Origin: an uncultured delta proteobacterium
Lineage (GTDB): Bacteria; Myxococcota_A; Polyangia; Polyangiales; B10-G4
Assembly: GCA_963727445.1 (NCBI GenBank)
Contig: CAVSGI010000010.1
Span: forward strand, 608,001 to 672,000
DNA length: 64,000 bases
Direction: 5' to 3'
Shown: positions 1-10,050 of the stretch, one piece after another
Layout of the letters: each line of letters opens with the position of its first letter
How positions within the stretch are numbered: position 1 is the first letter of the stretch
Position numbers and translations under genes: made by a program
Notes under the pieces: generated by a model
What the model was told of the DNA's origin: nothing
What the model saw: only the letters and a program-made list of their open reading frames with translations
The model's database searches: none

Positions 1-89
1 GTCAGGGCATCTCGCAACAGGCCATAATCCTGGAACTCGTGGCCCAGCTTCGCCGCCAGTGCGCGGAGCTTTTCGGCCTCGTCGTCCAT
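1..89 (-). CDS. rnc: Ribonuclease III, 5' end only (runs off window)
   Basis: Manual translation from ATG at 89 gives MDDEAEKLRALAAKLGHEFQDYGLLRDALT, matching the RNase III N-terminal LG(Y/H)xFxDxxLLxxALTH pattern. Not in the ORF track. Confidence 0.75.
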   Translation of the reverse strand, partial: MDDEAEKLRALAAKLGHEFQDYGLLRDAL

Positions 90-173
90 GGGCCGGGAGC
101 GTAGCAGGCGGGAAGATGACCCGCGGGGAATTCGTATGAAACTTCGGCGCCTCTCGGGCGTCTAGACCTCACG

Positions 174-950
174 ATGCGACGCGCCCTGGCCTTCTCCTTC
201 ACCCTCGTCTCCGGCCTGCTCATCGCGTCCGCTCTCGTCAGCGCCAATCCCCCGGCCAACCGCCAGGTCGCGGAGAAGAACGACCAGCTCTGGGCGCCGC
301 CCGCGCCACCCGCTCCCTGGCGCGTCCTTCCACCCGGACCCGGCGAGCCCCAGAGCCATGCGGCGGAGCGCGTCCTCGGCGTTCTGTCGAACATCGAAGA
401 AGGGATGACCGAGACCCGCTACCAACATCGCACCGTGGTGCGACAGCGGCGCGGGCTCTACGCGTGGGATTGCTCCGGGATGGCCGCGTGGATCCTCGAG
501 CGCGCAGCGCCGCGTGCCCTGTCCGCCATCCACCGCGAGCGCCCGGTCGCCCGCAACTTCCACGACGTGATCGCGCGCTCCCCCACCGAGCGCGCGCGTC
601 GCGGTTGGCAGCGCCTCGCGCACGTGGAGGAGGCTCGCCCGGGTGACGTCTTCGCGTGGCGCCGCCCGCCGGAGTGGGGCCGACGCATCACCGGCCACGT
701 CGGCTTCGTCCTCGAGCGCGCGCGCCCCGTCCCCCAGTGGGAAGGCGCGTACACGATGCGCATCGTGGATGCGACTTCGCTGCCGCATCAGGACGACACG
801 CGCATGCGCGGCGGCCCCGGCGGATACGGTCACGGCACCATCCTCCTGATGACCGACGGCGACGGACAGGTGGATTCCTACGGCTGGTTCGGCACCAACA
901 GCCGCGGCGTCGTCGTCACGCCCGTCGTCTTCGGCCGCGTCACGCGCTAG
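174..950 (+). CDS. Secreted NlpC/P60/CHAP-like cysteine hydrolase (putative peptidoglycan amidase/peptidase)
   Basis: Signal peptide; YAWDCSG (catalytic Cys), RPGDVFAW and TGHVGFV (His) motifs typical of the NlpC/P60 superfamily. Confidence 0.6.
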   Translation: MRRALAFSFTLVSGLLIASALVSANPPANRQVAEKNDQLWAPPAPPAPWRVLPPGPGEPQSHAAERVLGVLSNIEEGMTETRYQHRTVVRQRRGLYAWDCSGMAAWILERAAPRALSAIHRERPVARNFHDVIARSPTERARRGWQRLAHVEEARPGDVFAWRRPPEWGRRITGHVGFVLERARPVPQWEGAYTMRIVDATSLPHQDDTRMRGGPGGYGHGTILLMTDGDGQVDSYGWFGTNSRGVVVTPVVFGRVTR

Positions 951-987
951 CTTTCTCCCCCGGCCGCGGGCGCGGTATGATCGAAGG

Positions 988-1579
988 ATGATCCCCCGCG
1001 CCCTCACCCTGTTCCTGGTCCTCGCCGCCTGCGATGGCGGCGACGAGCCCGAATGCATATCCAGCGCCGACTGCCCGACGGGCCGGTGTGTGGAGGGGGC
1101 GTGCGTCGCGGGCACAGACACGGGAACCGCGTCGGATACCGGCACCGCCGCTGACACCGGCACTTCCGCCGACACCGGCGCCCGCTACCGACGCGAGCGC
1201 CGACACCGGCGCCCGCTCCGACGCGAGCGCCGACACCGGCGCCGCCTCCGACACGGGCACCGCCTCCGACGCTGCATCCGACACCGGCACCCTCTCCGAC
1301 GCTGCGGGCGGAACCCACACACTCACGGTGCGTGCCTCCGGGACCGCGACGATCCACCGCATCACCTCCGACCCGCCGGGGATCGACTGCCGAACCGACA
1401 TCTGCACCGCTGACTTCCCCGCGGGCACCGTCGTCACCCTCACTCAGGTTCCCGCGGACTGTCCCTGGCTGTCGCCGTCCTCCTGCTCCTCCGCCGCCAC
1501 CCCCTGCTCCGTCACGATGGATTCGGACCAGCTCGTCCGGGCCTTCTTTCCGCTCACCTCGGGCGGCCTCTGCCCCTGA
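988..1579 (+). CDS. Lipoprotein with Cys-rich module, DTG tether and C-terminal divergent InlB B-repeat-like domain; one +1 frameshift at ~1187
   Basis: Lipobox LAAC. ORF 988 frame continues in the ORF 1034..1579 frame (ITSDPPGIDC...CTADFPAGTVVTLT). The extra A is visible by comparing the two copies of a 30-bp duplication. Confidence 0.65.
1171..1231 (+). repeat. Coding 30-bp tandem duplication (DTGARSDASA); copy 1 carries one extra A
   Basis: gacaccggcgcccgctAccgacgcgagcgcc (1171-1201) versus gacaccggcgcccgctccgacgcgagcgcc (1202-1231). Confidence 0.9.
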
Positions 1580-1624
1580 CCGGCCATCAGGCACGGGAAA
1601 CGCTCCCGCGGTATCATCGATCGA

Positions 1625-2881
1625 GTGGCTCGAGTGATTTCGCTTCTGGTGCTGTTCCTGACCGGATGCGGACTCGTGCTCGATGCGATCCCGGCTGCCT
1701 CGGGTGCCGACGGGGGCCGAGACGCGCGTGTCGACGGGACGTCTCCCACGGACGCAGCCAACGACGCCACCGGGGATACCGGTGTCGTCTCGACGGACGG
1801 AAGCGTCGACGCGACGATGCCGATGCCGATGCTCGGCACCGTGTCGATCGCGAACGCCGGCCCCAACGACAGCCAGCCCGCGGTGATATGGGATGGAAGC
1901 AAGTTCGTGGTCGGGCTGATCGCCGATGGCTACGTCGACGTCTTCAAGATGGCTCCGGGTGTGGTGGCCGACACCGAACGGGAGCACGTCACCCCCACCG
2001 CCGACTTCACGCGACAGGACGTGCTCCTGTCAGCCAACGGGTCCCGACTCGCGGTCGGCTGGACCGAAGCGCCTGCGTCGGATGGAGTCTTGATGCTGCG
2101 CGTCTTACCCGACGACGCGGCGCCGAGGATGATCGCAGCCGGCATTCTGAGAGAGACCGATCGGCAGGATGCCGCGCTCCACGCGTCGGGCGGCGACTTC
2201 GGCGCGCTGATGCGCCGCCTGGGTTCGAGCGCGACCGAACAGCAGCTCCACTATCTCGACGTCGCCAGCGGGTCGACCGGCATCGTCACCTCCCATGCCG
2301 GAGACCTGGGCGAGTTCGACATGCACGAGTCGGCCCTCGGTCCGCTCTTCGTGCACGGCCAGCCCGAGGAGCTCTTCCATTGGAATGGGGGATGGTTGCT
2401 CGAGGCGACGGTTCCGCTGAGCCCCGGCTCCGAAGGCGCGACGACCTGGCTCGCGGACGGATCGGTCGCTTCGGTCTGGCTTCACGACGATGGCATGGGG
2501 GGCCGCCAGTTCTCCTTCACCCGCCATCGGCCGGAGTCGGCGTGGGCGGAGGAGGGGATGCCTGTCCTGCTCCCCTTTCAGGGATCCGATCAGGCGATGG
2601 ACGCGTTCTCGGGCGGGGCGGTCCTCGCCTTCGCTTATCCAGACCCGGACACCACGGGTCGAACGCTCGGCCTCGTCGGGCTCGACCCCACGGGCAACGT
2701 CATCGCCGGCCCCTGCCGCATCCCCCCGATGGCGCCGACGGCCAACGACCCCGACATCGCCTGCGGCGGCGGCTACTGCGCCATCGTCTGGATGGAAGGC
2801 AGCACGTATGACGGGTCGGACTTCATGACCCGCGTCACTCAGGTCCCCGACGATCCCGAGACCGTCTGCCCCGCGAGCTGA
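1625..2881 (+). CDS. Hypothetical lipoprotein, acidic tether plus beta-rich (propeller-like) domain
   Basis: Lipobox LTGC, DGG/DTG low-complexity linker, 418-aa ORF. Confidence 0.65.
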   Translation: MARVISLLVLFLTGCGLVLDAIPAASGADGGRDARVDGTSPTDAANDATGDTGVVSTDGSVDATMPMPMLGTVSIANAGPNDSQPAVIWDGSKFVVGLIADGYVDVFKMAPGVVADTEREHVTPTADFTRQDVLLSANGSRLAVGWTEAPASDGVLMLRVLPDDAAPRMIAAGILRETDRQDAALHASGGDFGALMRRLGSSATEQQLHYLDVASGSTGIVTSHAGDLGEFDMHESALGPLFVHGQPEELFHWNGGWLLEATVPLSPGSEGATTWLADGSVASVWLHDDGMGGRQFSFTRHRPESAWAEEGMPVLLPFQGSDQAMDAFSGGAVLAFAYPDPDTTGRTLGLVGLDPTGNVIAGPCRIPPMAPTANDPDIACGGGYCAIVWMEGSTYDGSDFMTRVTQVPDDPETVCPAS

Positions 2882-4402
2882 CCCGTGAGCTCGAACTCGC
2901 GGGCGTAGCCGCGGGCGACGTTGCGGATCTGCACCGAGATGCGGCCGTCCCCGCCGTAGGTGTATCGCTCCTCGATCTCCTCGCCAGCGAGCGTACCCGT
3001 CCGCTCGAAGCCTTCCTCGGCCGTGAGGTCCGCATCGCGTAGCGACGGGTCGTAGGGAAAGCGCACCTCCTTCCACGGCAAGAGGTCCCCCGCCGGGCGC
3101 CCGTCCACCAGGCGGGTGCATTCCACGAAACGCAGCCGTCCCACCCGATGCACCGGCCTGTACCGTCGCTCGACGACGAGCGGCCCGTCTTCGGGCGGCG
3201 CGAGGTGTGCGTCGATGATCTTGTCGAAGACCTTCTCACGGCCGTCGGCGGCCTCTCGCCACACGCCGAAGCAGCGCGTCGACGCTTCGCGCACCCGGAC
3301 CGTGGCTGCGGGATCCGCCGCGATGGCGAGCCCCACCGCCGTGGCGGCATGAGGCATGGGGGCGAGCTTGAGCTTCTTGCCCCACCGCTGGCGAAGCTGG
3401 CGCGCCACCGGGGGAAAGGCCACCGCGCCGCCGACGAGGTAGACGGCGCCGAGCTGACGCGGGTCCTCCGGATCGATACCGTGGGCGGGCAGCGTGTCGA
3501 GCACCCGCGCGAGCACCTCCACGCTCTGATCGATGAGCGGGGCCGCGCGCTCGTAGAGCTCGCGCGTCTCGAGCACCACCGGGGGCGTGTCGGGGAGGAG
3601 ATCGGAGAGGTCGACGAGAAGCTTCTTGCTGCTCGGGGTCAGCGTCTCCTTGGATTCGCGGCAGCGCTCGAGGAGCGCCGCGCGACGCACCTCGGGCACG
3701 GCGTCACCGGCGAGGCCCAGCGCGCCCTGGGCCGCATCGAGGATGAGGGCATCGAAGTCGTCACCGCCGAACGCGCTGATGCCCTCCGAGGCGATGAGAA
3801 TCGAAGCGTCGGTCGCGGAGCGACACCGCGGAGGTGTCGAAGGTACCGCCGCCCAGGTCGTAGACCACGACGTAGCGCTTGGGTGAGCGGCCACCCACCC
3901 CGACGAGATGGCGGTGCGCGTAGTCGATGGCGCCGGCGGTGGGCTCGTTCACCATCCCGAGGACCTCGAAGCCCGCGGCCTCGAAAGCCTCGAGGGTCAT
4001 GTACCGCTGCTGGGTCGAAGCGTTCGCGGGCACCGCGACCATCGCTTGAAGCGGCTCGCCCCTGCCCACGTCGAGGTTGCTCTCTTCGCGGATCGCGCGC
4101 TCGAGGCGCGACAAGAAGAGGGTGACCAGCGAGAGCGCGTCGGTATCGAAGCCAATGATCGGATCTTCCGGCGCTCTGTGACCGATCACGCGCTTGAGCG
4201 AGCGGAGCCCTGAGTCGGGATCGGCCGGGAGCGCCGCCTCGGCCTCCCAGCCGTGGACGAGCCCGTCGGGTGTGCGCGCCACGAGACCCGGCATGTAGTC
4301 GCGAAAGCCCCCCTCCACGTCGAAGCTGGCCACTGGATAGCGGCCGTCCTCCACCGCCGCGACGACGGTACGCGTCGTTCCGAAATCGATCCCCAGTCGC
4401 AC
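2839..4402 (-). CDS. Hsp70-family (actin-like ATPase) protein; frameshift at ~3800
   Basis: GIDFGTT, VAVPA, NEPTAGA, YDLGGGTFD, GGDDFD and LVGG motifs are spread over two ORFs. Removing one base at 3798-3802 gives FDLIASEGISAFGGDDFD. Confidence 0.85.
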
Positions 4403-4486
4403 GCTCTCACCCCACCGAGACCCCGAGCATGAACGCGTGCTCCGACCATGTCGAGGGGCGGTGGCGAACTGCCGTCTACGCGGGTT

Positions 4487-5686
4487 TCAGCGACATTCCT
4501 CATCCCCTTCGGCGCACTCGAAGCGGACGTGGAGATGGTCGCGGTGGTTCGGGAAGTGGCGGATCACGCCGAGCGGGAAGCCGACGCCGCGGGGGTATTG
4601 AAACCAGTGATGGAGCTGCTCGCGGGTGGCGCCGCGACGGCGCGCCTCCTGGTAGAGCGCGCCCTGGAGCGAGTAGTCGATGAAGATCGCCTTGGCCTGA
4701 TCGTGCTCGAGCCAATAGGAGAGGAGCGTCCACGTGCGTTCCACGTCCAGGAGCTCGGGGGTCATGCGCCGAAAGCCGCATCCGTCGCTCGGACAGCGGC
4801 GCCGGTGGTAGTAGCTGATGTCGGCGTCGCGCCCATTTTGATGGCTGCGATGGTCGCTCAGCCGCCCACCACGCTCGGTGCTGAGGTCGTGCACGCGCAC
4901 CTTCTGGCCACGGCCGTGCTCACTGACGACGCGATCGAAAGCCGCCATGATCGCGTCGTTGGTCTCGCGGGTGCCGTAGGCCCGCGAACGATCGCGGATC
5001 ACGTAGCCGGGGTGCCGCGGCAGGCGCTCCCCGTGCACCAGGCGTCCGTGATAGGGCAGCCCGATCGCTTCGGAGAGCGACTCCGGCCGCTCGGCCCACA
5101 CGACAACCTTCGCCCCTGCGCGTAGCGTGTTGCCCTCGAGGCGACGATTCCATCGCAACAGATCCCGCACCGCGACCCCGTAGCGGGAAGCGATTCGGCT
5201 CAAGGACTCGCCGGGCCGAACGTCGTGCTCGATCCGGTAGCGCGCGGGCCCGATCACCAGCGGCTGGCCCACGCGGATGGCGTCCGCCTCGAGGCCCTCG
5301 TTCCACTCGAGGAGCTGCTCCATCTCGACGCCGAAGCGGCTGGCGATGCCGCTCAGCGTGTCACCAGCGTGGACCTCGTAGGTGGGGCTTCCATCCGGCC
5401 CGGCCTCTGTGCCGCCCCCCGCCTGATCGCCCACCACCAGCTCCTGCCCGATCTGAATGCGGTCGTCCGGCAGGGCGTTCCACTGCTGCAAGTCCTCGAC
5501 GCTCACCCCGTACCGGTCGGCCAGAATGCTCAACGCATCCCCCGCCCGCACGGTGATGGTCCTCTGGGCCGCTGCCTCGAGAGAACCGAGGAGCATCGTC
5601 GCGGCAAATGCCAGCACGAAGAGATAGACCCGCGCCCTCGGAGGGGTCGGATGGCTCGCGTGCTGCTTCCGGGACTGGAGGCGCAT
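4487..5686 (-). CDS. LysM x3 + penicillin-insensitive murein endopeptidase (MepA-like) domain
   Basis: Three LysM repeats (VRAGDALSILADRYGVSV, VHAGDTLSGIASRFGV, VRPGESLSRIASRYGV); HRSHQNGRDAD and HRDHLHVR metal-ligand motifs. Start uncertain. Confidence 0.85.
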   Translation of the reverse strand: MRLQSRKQHASHPTPPRARVYLFVLAFAATMLLGSLEAAAQRTITVRAGDALSILADRYGVSVEDLQQWNALPDDRIQIGQELVVGDQAGGGTEAGPDGSPTYEVHAGDTLSGIASRFGVEMEQLLEWNEGLEADAIRVGQPLVIGPARYRIEHDVRPGESLSRIASRYGVAVRDLLRWNRRLEGNTLRAGAKVVVWAERPESLSEAIGLPYHGRLVHGERLPRHPGYVIRDRSRAYGTRETNDAIMAAFDRVVSEHGRGQKVRVHDLSTERGGRLSDHRSHQNGRDADISYYHRRRCPSDGCGFRRMTPELLDVERTWTLLSYWLEHDQAKAIFIDYSLQGALYQEARRRGATREQLHHWFQYPRGVGFPLGVIRHFPNHRDHLHVRFECAEGDEECR

Positions 5687-5762
5687 CTCCTTTCGAATAC
5701 GCCCGAACCCGCACCTCTGACAAAAAAGTGTCGAGACCAGCGCCGTGATATGGTCGCCGGCG

Positions 5763-6197
5763 ATGGCGGAGGGCAAGGGCGGTGCGCTGAAGTGGATCGG
5801 CCTGGGATGCGGGGTCTTCCTGCTGGTGGCCGCCTGCGGCGTGGGCGCCGCCTTCTTCGCCTGTCAGAGCCTCTTCGAAGCGCCCGAGGGTCAGGCACGA
5901 GGCTTCTTCGCCGACCTCCGGGCCGGCAACTACCAGGACGCGCTCCGGCGCACCGACGCGCCGTATCAGAGCTCGCACACCGTGGAGGCGTTCGAGCAGG
6001 CGGTCTCCGCCATCCCCGCGGCGACGCAGCAGACCGATGTCTCCTTCAGCAGTCGCGACGTCAACGGGAGCTCGGCGAGCATGGTCGGAGACCTCTCCAC
6101 ACCGAACGGTCAGGTCCCCGTCACGGTCACGCTCTCCCGCGCGGGCGAGTACTGGTACATCGACTCGGTCACGGTGCAGGGTCAGACGCTTCAGTGA
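5763..6197 (+). CDS. Single-TM hypothetical protein (small NTF2/DUF4878-like exported domain)
   Basis: N-terminal hydrophobic segment WIGLGCGVFLLVAACGVG and C-terminal LSRAGEYWYIDSV strand pattern. Confidence 0.6.
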   Translation: MAEGKGGALKWIGLGCGVFLLVAACGVGAAFFACQSLFEAPEGQARGFFADLRAGNYQDALRRTDAPYQSSHTVEAFEQAVSAIPAATQQTDVSFSSRDVNGSSASMVGDLSTPNGQVPVTVTLSRAGEYWYIDSVTVQGQTLQ

Positions 6198-6292
6198 GCG
6201 CGCCCGCGTCGACGGCTGGCGCCCCAGCGTCTTCGTCACCCCTGGGGGGTGAGGTCGTTCCGCTGTCCGCCCCGTGCCCAAGAAGAAACAAG

Positions 6293-6358
6293 GGGAGCTC
6301 CCACCGAGCTGCCAACACCCCCAGGGGGGGCAGGGGTGAAGGCACGGCGGGAGCTCCC
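6293..6358 (-). terminator. Long imperfect hairpin followed by a U-rich tract on the minus strand (terminator or small structured RNA)
   Basis: gggagctccc at 6293-6302 and 6349-6358 enclose ccg/cgg, tgcc/ggca and cacccc/ggggtg stems. The minus strand continues ...ccccttgtttcttctt. Lies between convergent genes. Confidence 0.5.
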
Positions 6359-6422
6359 GTCCCAGAATTGGGATTACTCAGGCCGAAGGCAAGAAAAAGC
6401 GCCCACGCCTCGGGACCCCTCG

Positions 6423-8774
6423 CTAGGGGTTATCGAGAATGAACCTCAGGCCCAGGAGAGCGGTGAAGCGGCCGAAGATTTGGGGGGCGTCGTCCCCCAG
6501 GCCCACGCGAAGTCCGACGAGCGCCTCGGTCGGCCCCATGGGCACCACGGCCTCGAGGCCCAACGCCCCCGCGAGCCGCTGGGCCCCGTCGCTCTGGCCC
6601 ACCACCAGCGAGCCCGTGACGCCGAGGGTCAGGGCCGAGAGCAGCCGCGCGTCGACGCCGTAGGCCGAGGACCACAGGAGGGTGGATCCGGTGGTGTCGG
6701 CGACGAGGGCCTGCCGGCTGCGCAAACACACAGAACCGCCGAAGGTTCCCGAGAAGGAGAGCGATGGGACGATCCGCACGTCGTTCAAGGAGCCCTCTGC
6801 AGCGCGGGTGGGGATCCAGGCTGTCACGTCGGTGGTGAGCGCGAAGTGAGACGACGCCGGATAGGTCAGGTTGGCGAAGACGCGGACGTCGGTCGCCCCG
6901 CGTCGCGAGGTGGTGCGATAGGCGCCGGTCGCATCGAGGGTCCAGTCGAAACCCACCTCGAGCGGCTGGTCGAAGAGTCGAGCGCGCGCGCCGAAGTTAC
7001 CCCGAACCATGTCCGGTTGATCGGGCGCGGAGATGCCCGAGAGCGCCGCGTGAAAGGTGGCGCCCTTTCGCCCCGTCGGGAGGATGGACGCGACGTCGGG
7101 GAGCGCGCTGTGCGCGAAGACGCCGGGGGCGACGGGGATCGCGGGCGCGGTCGGAGAGCTCGGAGCCTCGGGCGACGAGACCGCCGTCGGTGGAGCGCCG
7201 CGGATCGTGACATCGAAGTGTGCGAGCGCTACGCGCTCGTCGCCCTCTGCGACGCCGAGGGTCACGGGCAGCGCCGCCGGCGCGTCGGTGGTGGCGAGGA
7301 GCGGGATCTCGAAAGCGCCGTCGGGCCGGCGCGACACCCGACCGATCTCCACGCCTTCGGGCGCCCACGCCACGAGAGAGCTGGGGATTGGCAGCTCGCT
7401 CTCGAGGCGGACGACGACGCGCGAAGGAACGCGACGGACGAGCTCTGGGGGGCCCCCTTCGATTCGTGCCCGGGGCGCGGAGAGCACCACGTCGAAGGCG
7501 GGGACCTCGCGGCCACCCGGATCGAAGCACTGCACCGACGTGCGCCCGTCGCCGAGGAGCGTCGCCATCTCCGCGACTGCCCCGCCGTGCGGGCCGCAGC
7601 GAAAGCCGACCGGGGCGACGATCCAGGTCCCTGGCAGAACGCGCGGCAAACGGTCGGGGACCGATGGATCGCCGGGATCGTAAGGCTCGATCAGCGGCTC
7701 GCCGCCGCCCGGAGGAATGACGCGCGCCTCGAGGACCTGCACCGCGAGGCGCGGAGAGGGTCGCCCCTCGAGGAGCCACTCGTCGATGGTCGCGACCGAG
7801 ACGTAGTACACGCCGGCCGGCACGCGGTGGATGGCGAAGGTGGTGCTGGGCGCCGTGACCTCCATGGCTGCGGCGACGTCGGTGCCGTCGGGGCGGCGCG
7901 CGAGCTCGACGCGATAGGCGACCGCCCCTTCGACGGGTTCGAAGGCGCCAGCGATGGTTCCGCCGCGCCCGGTGAGGCCGACGAAGCGGCCCGGGCGATC
8001 GACGCGCCAGCGCGGCGGCGCGGGCAAGGGGCGCGGGGGCGCCGGGCGCTCGCCGCGCCGAACGAGAGTGCCGCTCCCGGCGGGCACGCGCACCGAAACG
8101 TTGCCTGCGGTGACCGTCGCGGTGCGCCCTTCGAGGTTGGCGAGGCGGCTCGCTCCGTCCTCGCCCACGGCCACGATCGCGTCGCCGCCGACCACCCGAG
8201 CCGTCCCGGCGGGGGTGTCCACCGAGAAGCGACCGGTGAGCTCCGCGAGGCGGCTCCGAAGCGCGCCGCGTTCGAGGGTGGCCGTGCTCCGCCGCTGGGC
8301 GAGGCTGCCACTTCCCCCATAGATGATCACCATCGTCTCCTGGCGCATCTGCACCGTGGAGCGATCACGAAAGGTGAGCTCCGCCGACGAGCGCGCACCG
8401 GTCTCCACCTGCGCCCCGCGCGACAGCGCCTCGCCGACCGACGCCGGAGCGAAGCGGCCGCCGGGTGGACGCGCGCGCACCACGTTCTCGGCCGCCGTCA
8501 CGCGCGCATCGGGGCCCTCGTCGGGCGGTCGCGGCAGGACGAGGATGCTGCCCGGCTCGAGGTGATGAGGCGGCGGGCCCAGATCGGGGTTGAGCTCGTG
8601 GATGCGCTCGTAGTCCCGCGAGCTGCCGTAGAGCCGGCGCGCGATCCCGGCGCAGGTGTCGCCGTCCTGGACCCGATAGCGAAAGGTGCCGCGCTGCTGC
8701 GCGGCCGCCGAGCGGCCGAGGCCCCACGTCGAGATCACGACCCCGATGACGAGGAGGAGACGGGTCATCCTCAT
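6423..8774 (-). CDS. Secreted LysM + FecR domain protein with Ig/FN3-like region and probable C-terminal beta-barrel
   Basis: Signal peptide; LysM YRVQDGDTCAGIARRLYG; FecR-like VETGARSSAELTFRDRSTVQM...FSVDTPAG; C-terminal alternating hydrophobic strands ending LLGLRF. Confidence 0.75.
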   Translation of the reverse strand: MRMTRLLLVIGVVISTWGLGRSAAAQQRGTFRYRVQDGDTCAGIARRLYGSSRDYERIHELNPDLGPPPHHLEPGSILVLPRPPDEGPDARVTAAENVVRARPPGGRFAPASVGEALSRGAQVETGARSSAELTFRDRSTVQMRQETMVIIYGGSGSLAQRRSTATLERGALRSRLAELTGRFSVDTPAGTARVVGGDAIVAVGEDGASRLANLEGRTATVTAGNVSVRVPAGSGTLVRRGERPAPPRPLPAPPRWRVDRPGRFVGLTGRGGTIAGAFEPVEGAVAYRVELARRPDGTDVAAAMEVTAPSTTFAIHRVPAGVYYVSVATIDEWLLEGRPSPRLAVQVLEARVIPPGGGEPLIEPYDPGDPSVPDRLPRVLPGTWIVAPVGFRCGPHGGAVAEMATLLGDGRTSVQCFDPGGREVPAFDVVLSAPRARIEGGPPELVRRVPSRVVVRLESELPIPSSLVAWAPEGVEIGRVSRRPDGAFEIPLLATTDAPAALPVTLGVAEGDERVALAHFDVTIRGAPPTAVSSPEAPSSPTAPAIPVAPGVFAHSALPDVASILPTGRKGATFHAALSGISAPDQPDMVRGNFGARARLFDQPLEVGFDWTLDATGAYRTTSRRGATDVRVFANLTYPASSHFALTTDVTAWIPTRAAEGSLNDVRIVPSLSFSGTFGGSVCLRSRQALVADTTGSTLLWSSAYGVDARLLSALTLGVTGSLVVGQSDGAQRLAGALGLEAVVPMGPTEALVGLRVGLGDDAPQIFGRFTALLGLRFILDNP

Positions 8775-10050
8775 CGCCCGTGCTTCGCCCTCCTGCGTGC
8801 GACGCGCCGAAGCCGGCGCGACAAGTCATCGGCGCCGGTTCGGACGGACCACCACCTCGGCCGCGCCCGCGCCGAGCAGCGCGCTGATGCGCGCAATGTC
8901 CCCCGCCTCGGTGTCGGTGAGGACGGTGTGACCGGCGCGACAGTATCGCGCGACCTCCTCGACGTTGGCGTGGGGCGCGAAGACGAGGGAGGGCTCCTCG
9001 ATCGGATCGTCGCCCGCCGCCCAGGCGACGATGCCGTTGGCGGCGAGCGCGAGCCACAGCTCGGGCGCGAGATCGCCGACAATCGCGACCTCGAAAGCGT
9101 CGCGGCCTCCACCTTCCACCGACGCCGCCGGGGCTGACACCATCCGCGCCTTGCGGCCGAGAAGATGCGTGTCGTCGCGGGCGCGCTCGCGGCGCAGAGG
9201 GTCGATCTCCGAGAGCGTCTCGAGGAGCGACTCGGCGTCCGGGCGACGCTCGGGCCTCTTCTGGAGCATGGCGCGGAATCGAGCGATCGAGCGCGGTGGG
9301 GATGGGCTCGCGGCCGGGATGCTCGACGAGCGGGGGCGGCGAGGCGAACATCTGCTTGGTGAGCACCTCCATGTCGCTGCCGCCGAAGGGCACCCGGCCC
9401 GTGACCAGCTCGTAGAGGATGCAGCCGAGGGCGTAGACGTCGGTCGCCGGGCCCACGTGCTCTCCGCGCGCCTGCTCGGGGGAGAGGTACTCGGGAGTGC
9501 CCGTGACGACACCGTGCGCCGTCATGCGATCCGCCCGCGCCTCGCCCGCGATGAAGGCGAGCCCGAAGTCGACCACGCGCACGCGCGCCGCGCTCCCTTT
9601 TCCTTCCAGGAAGACATTCTCGGGCTTGAGGTCGCGATGAACCAGGGGAAGACGATGCGCGGTGACGAGGACATCCGCGATCTGAGCCGCGATGGCGATG
9701 GCCTCCTCGACCGATAGCGCGTTCGGCCTTTCCATGCGTGCGCGAAGCGTGTGTCCAGAGAGCAGCTCCATCGCCAGGTAGACCACGTCCTCGTCTTCTC
9801 CGAAGTCGTAGACGGCGACCGCGCTCTCGTGGGACAGCGCCGACGCCACCCGCGCCTCTCGCTCGAAACGCGCGCGTGCACCCGGGTCGAGCGCGATGCG
9901 GGGATGGAGCACCTTGAGCGCGACCTCGCGACCGAGCGCGGGCTGCGCGGCGCGAAAGACGACGCCGGTCGCGCCCTGGCCGAGCCGCTCCTCGAGGTGG
10001 TAGCGGCCCGCCACCTGGTCGCCGACCTTCGGCACCATCGGACCCGTCAC
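8771..10050 (-). CDS. Ser/Thr protein kinase with C-terminal degenerate receiver-like domain; frameshifts at ~9278 and ~8840
   Basis: LGQGATGVV, VALK, HRDLKPEN, DFG, GTPEYLSPE and DVYALG motifs. The repaired frame continues IRAMLQKRPERRP...ALLGAGAAEVVVRPTGADDLSRRLRR. Confidence 0.85.

Noticed and set aside
3790..9290. Programmed ribosomal frameshifting in the Hsp70 and kinase genes
   Set aside because: No slippery heptamer, and the shifts cut through conserved folds; a one-base consensus error explains them.
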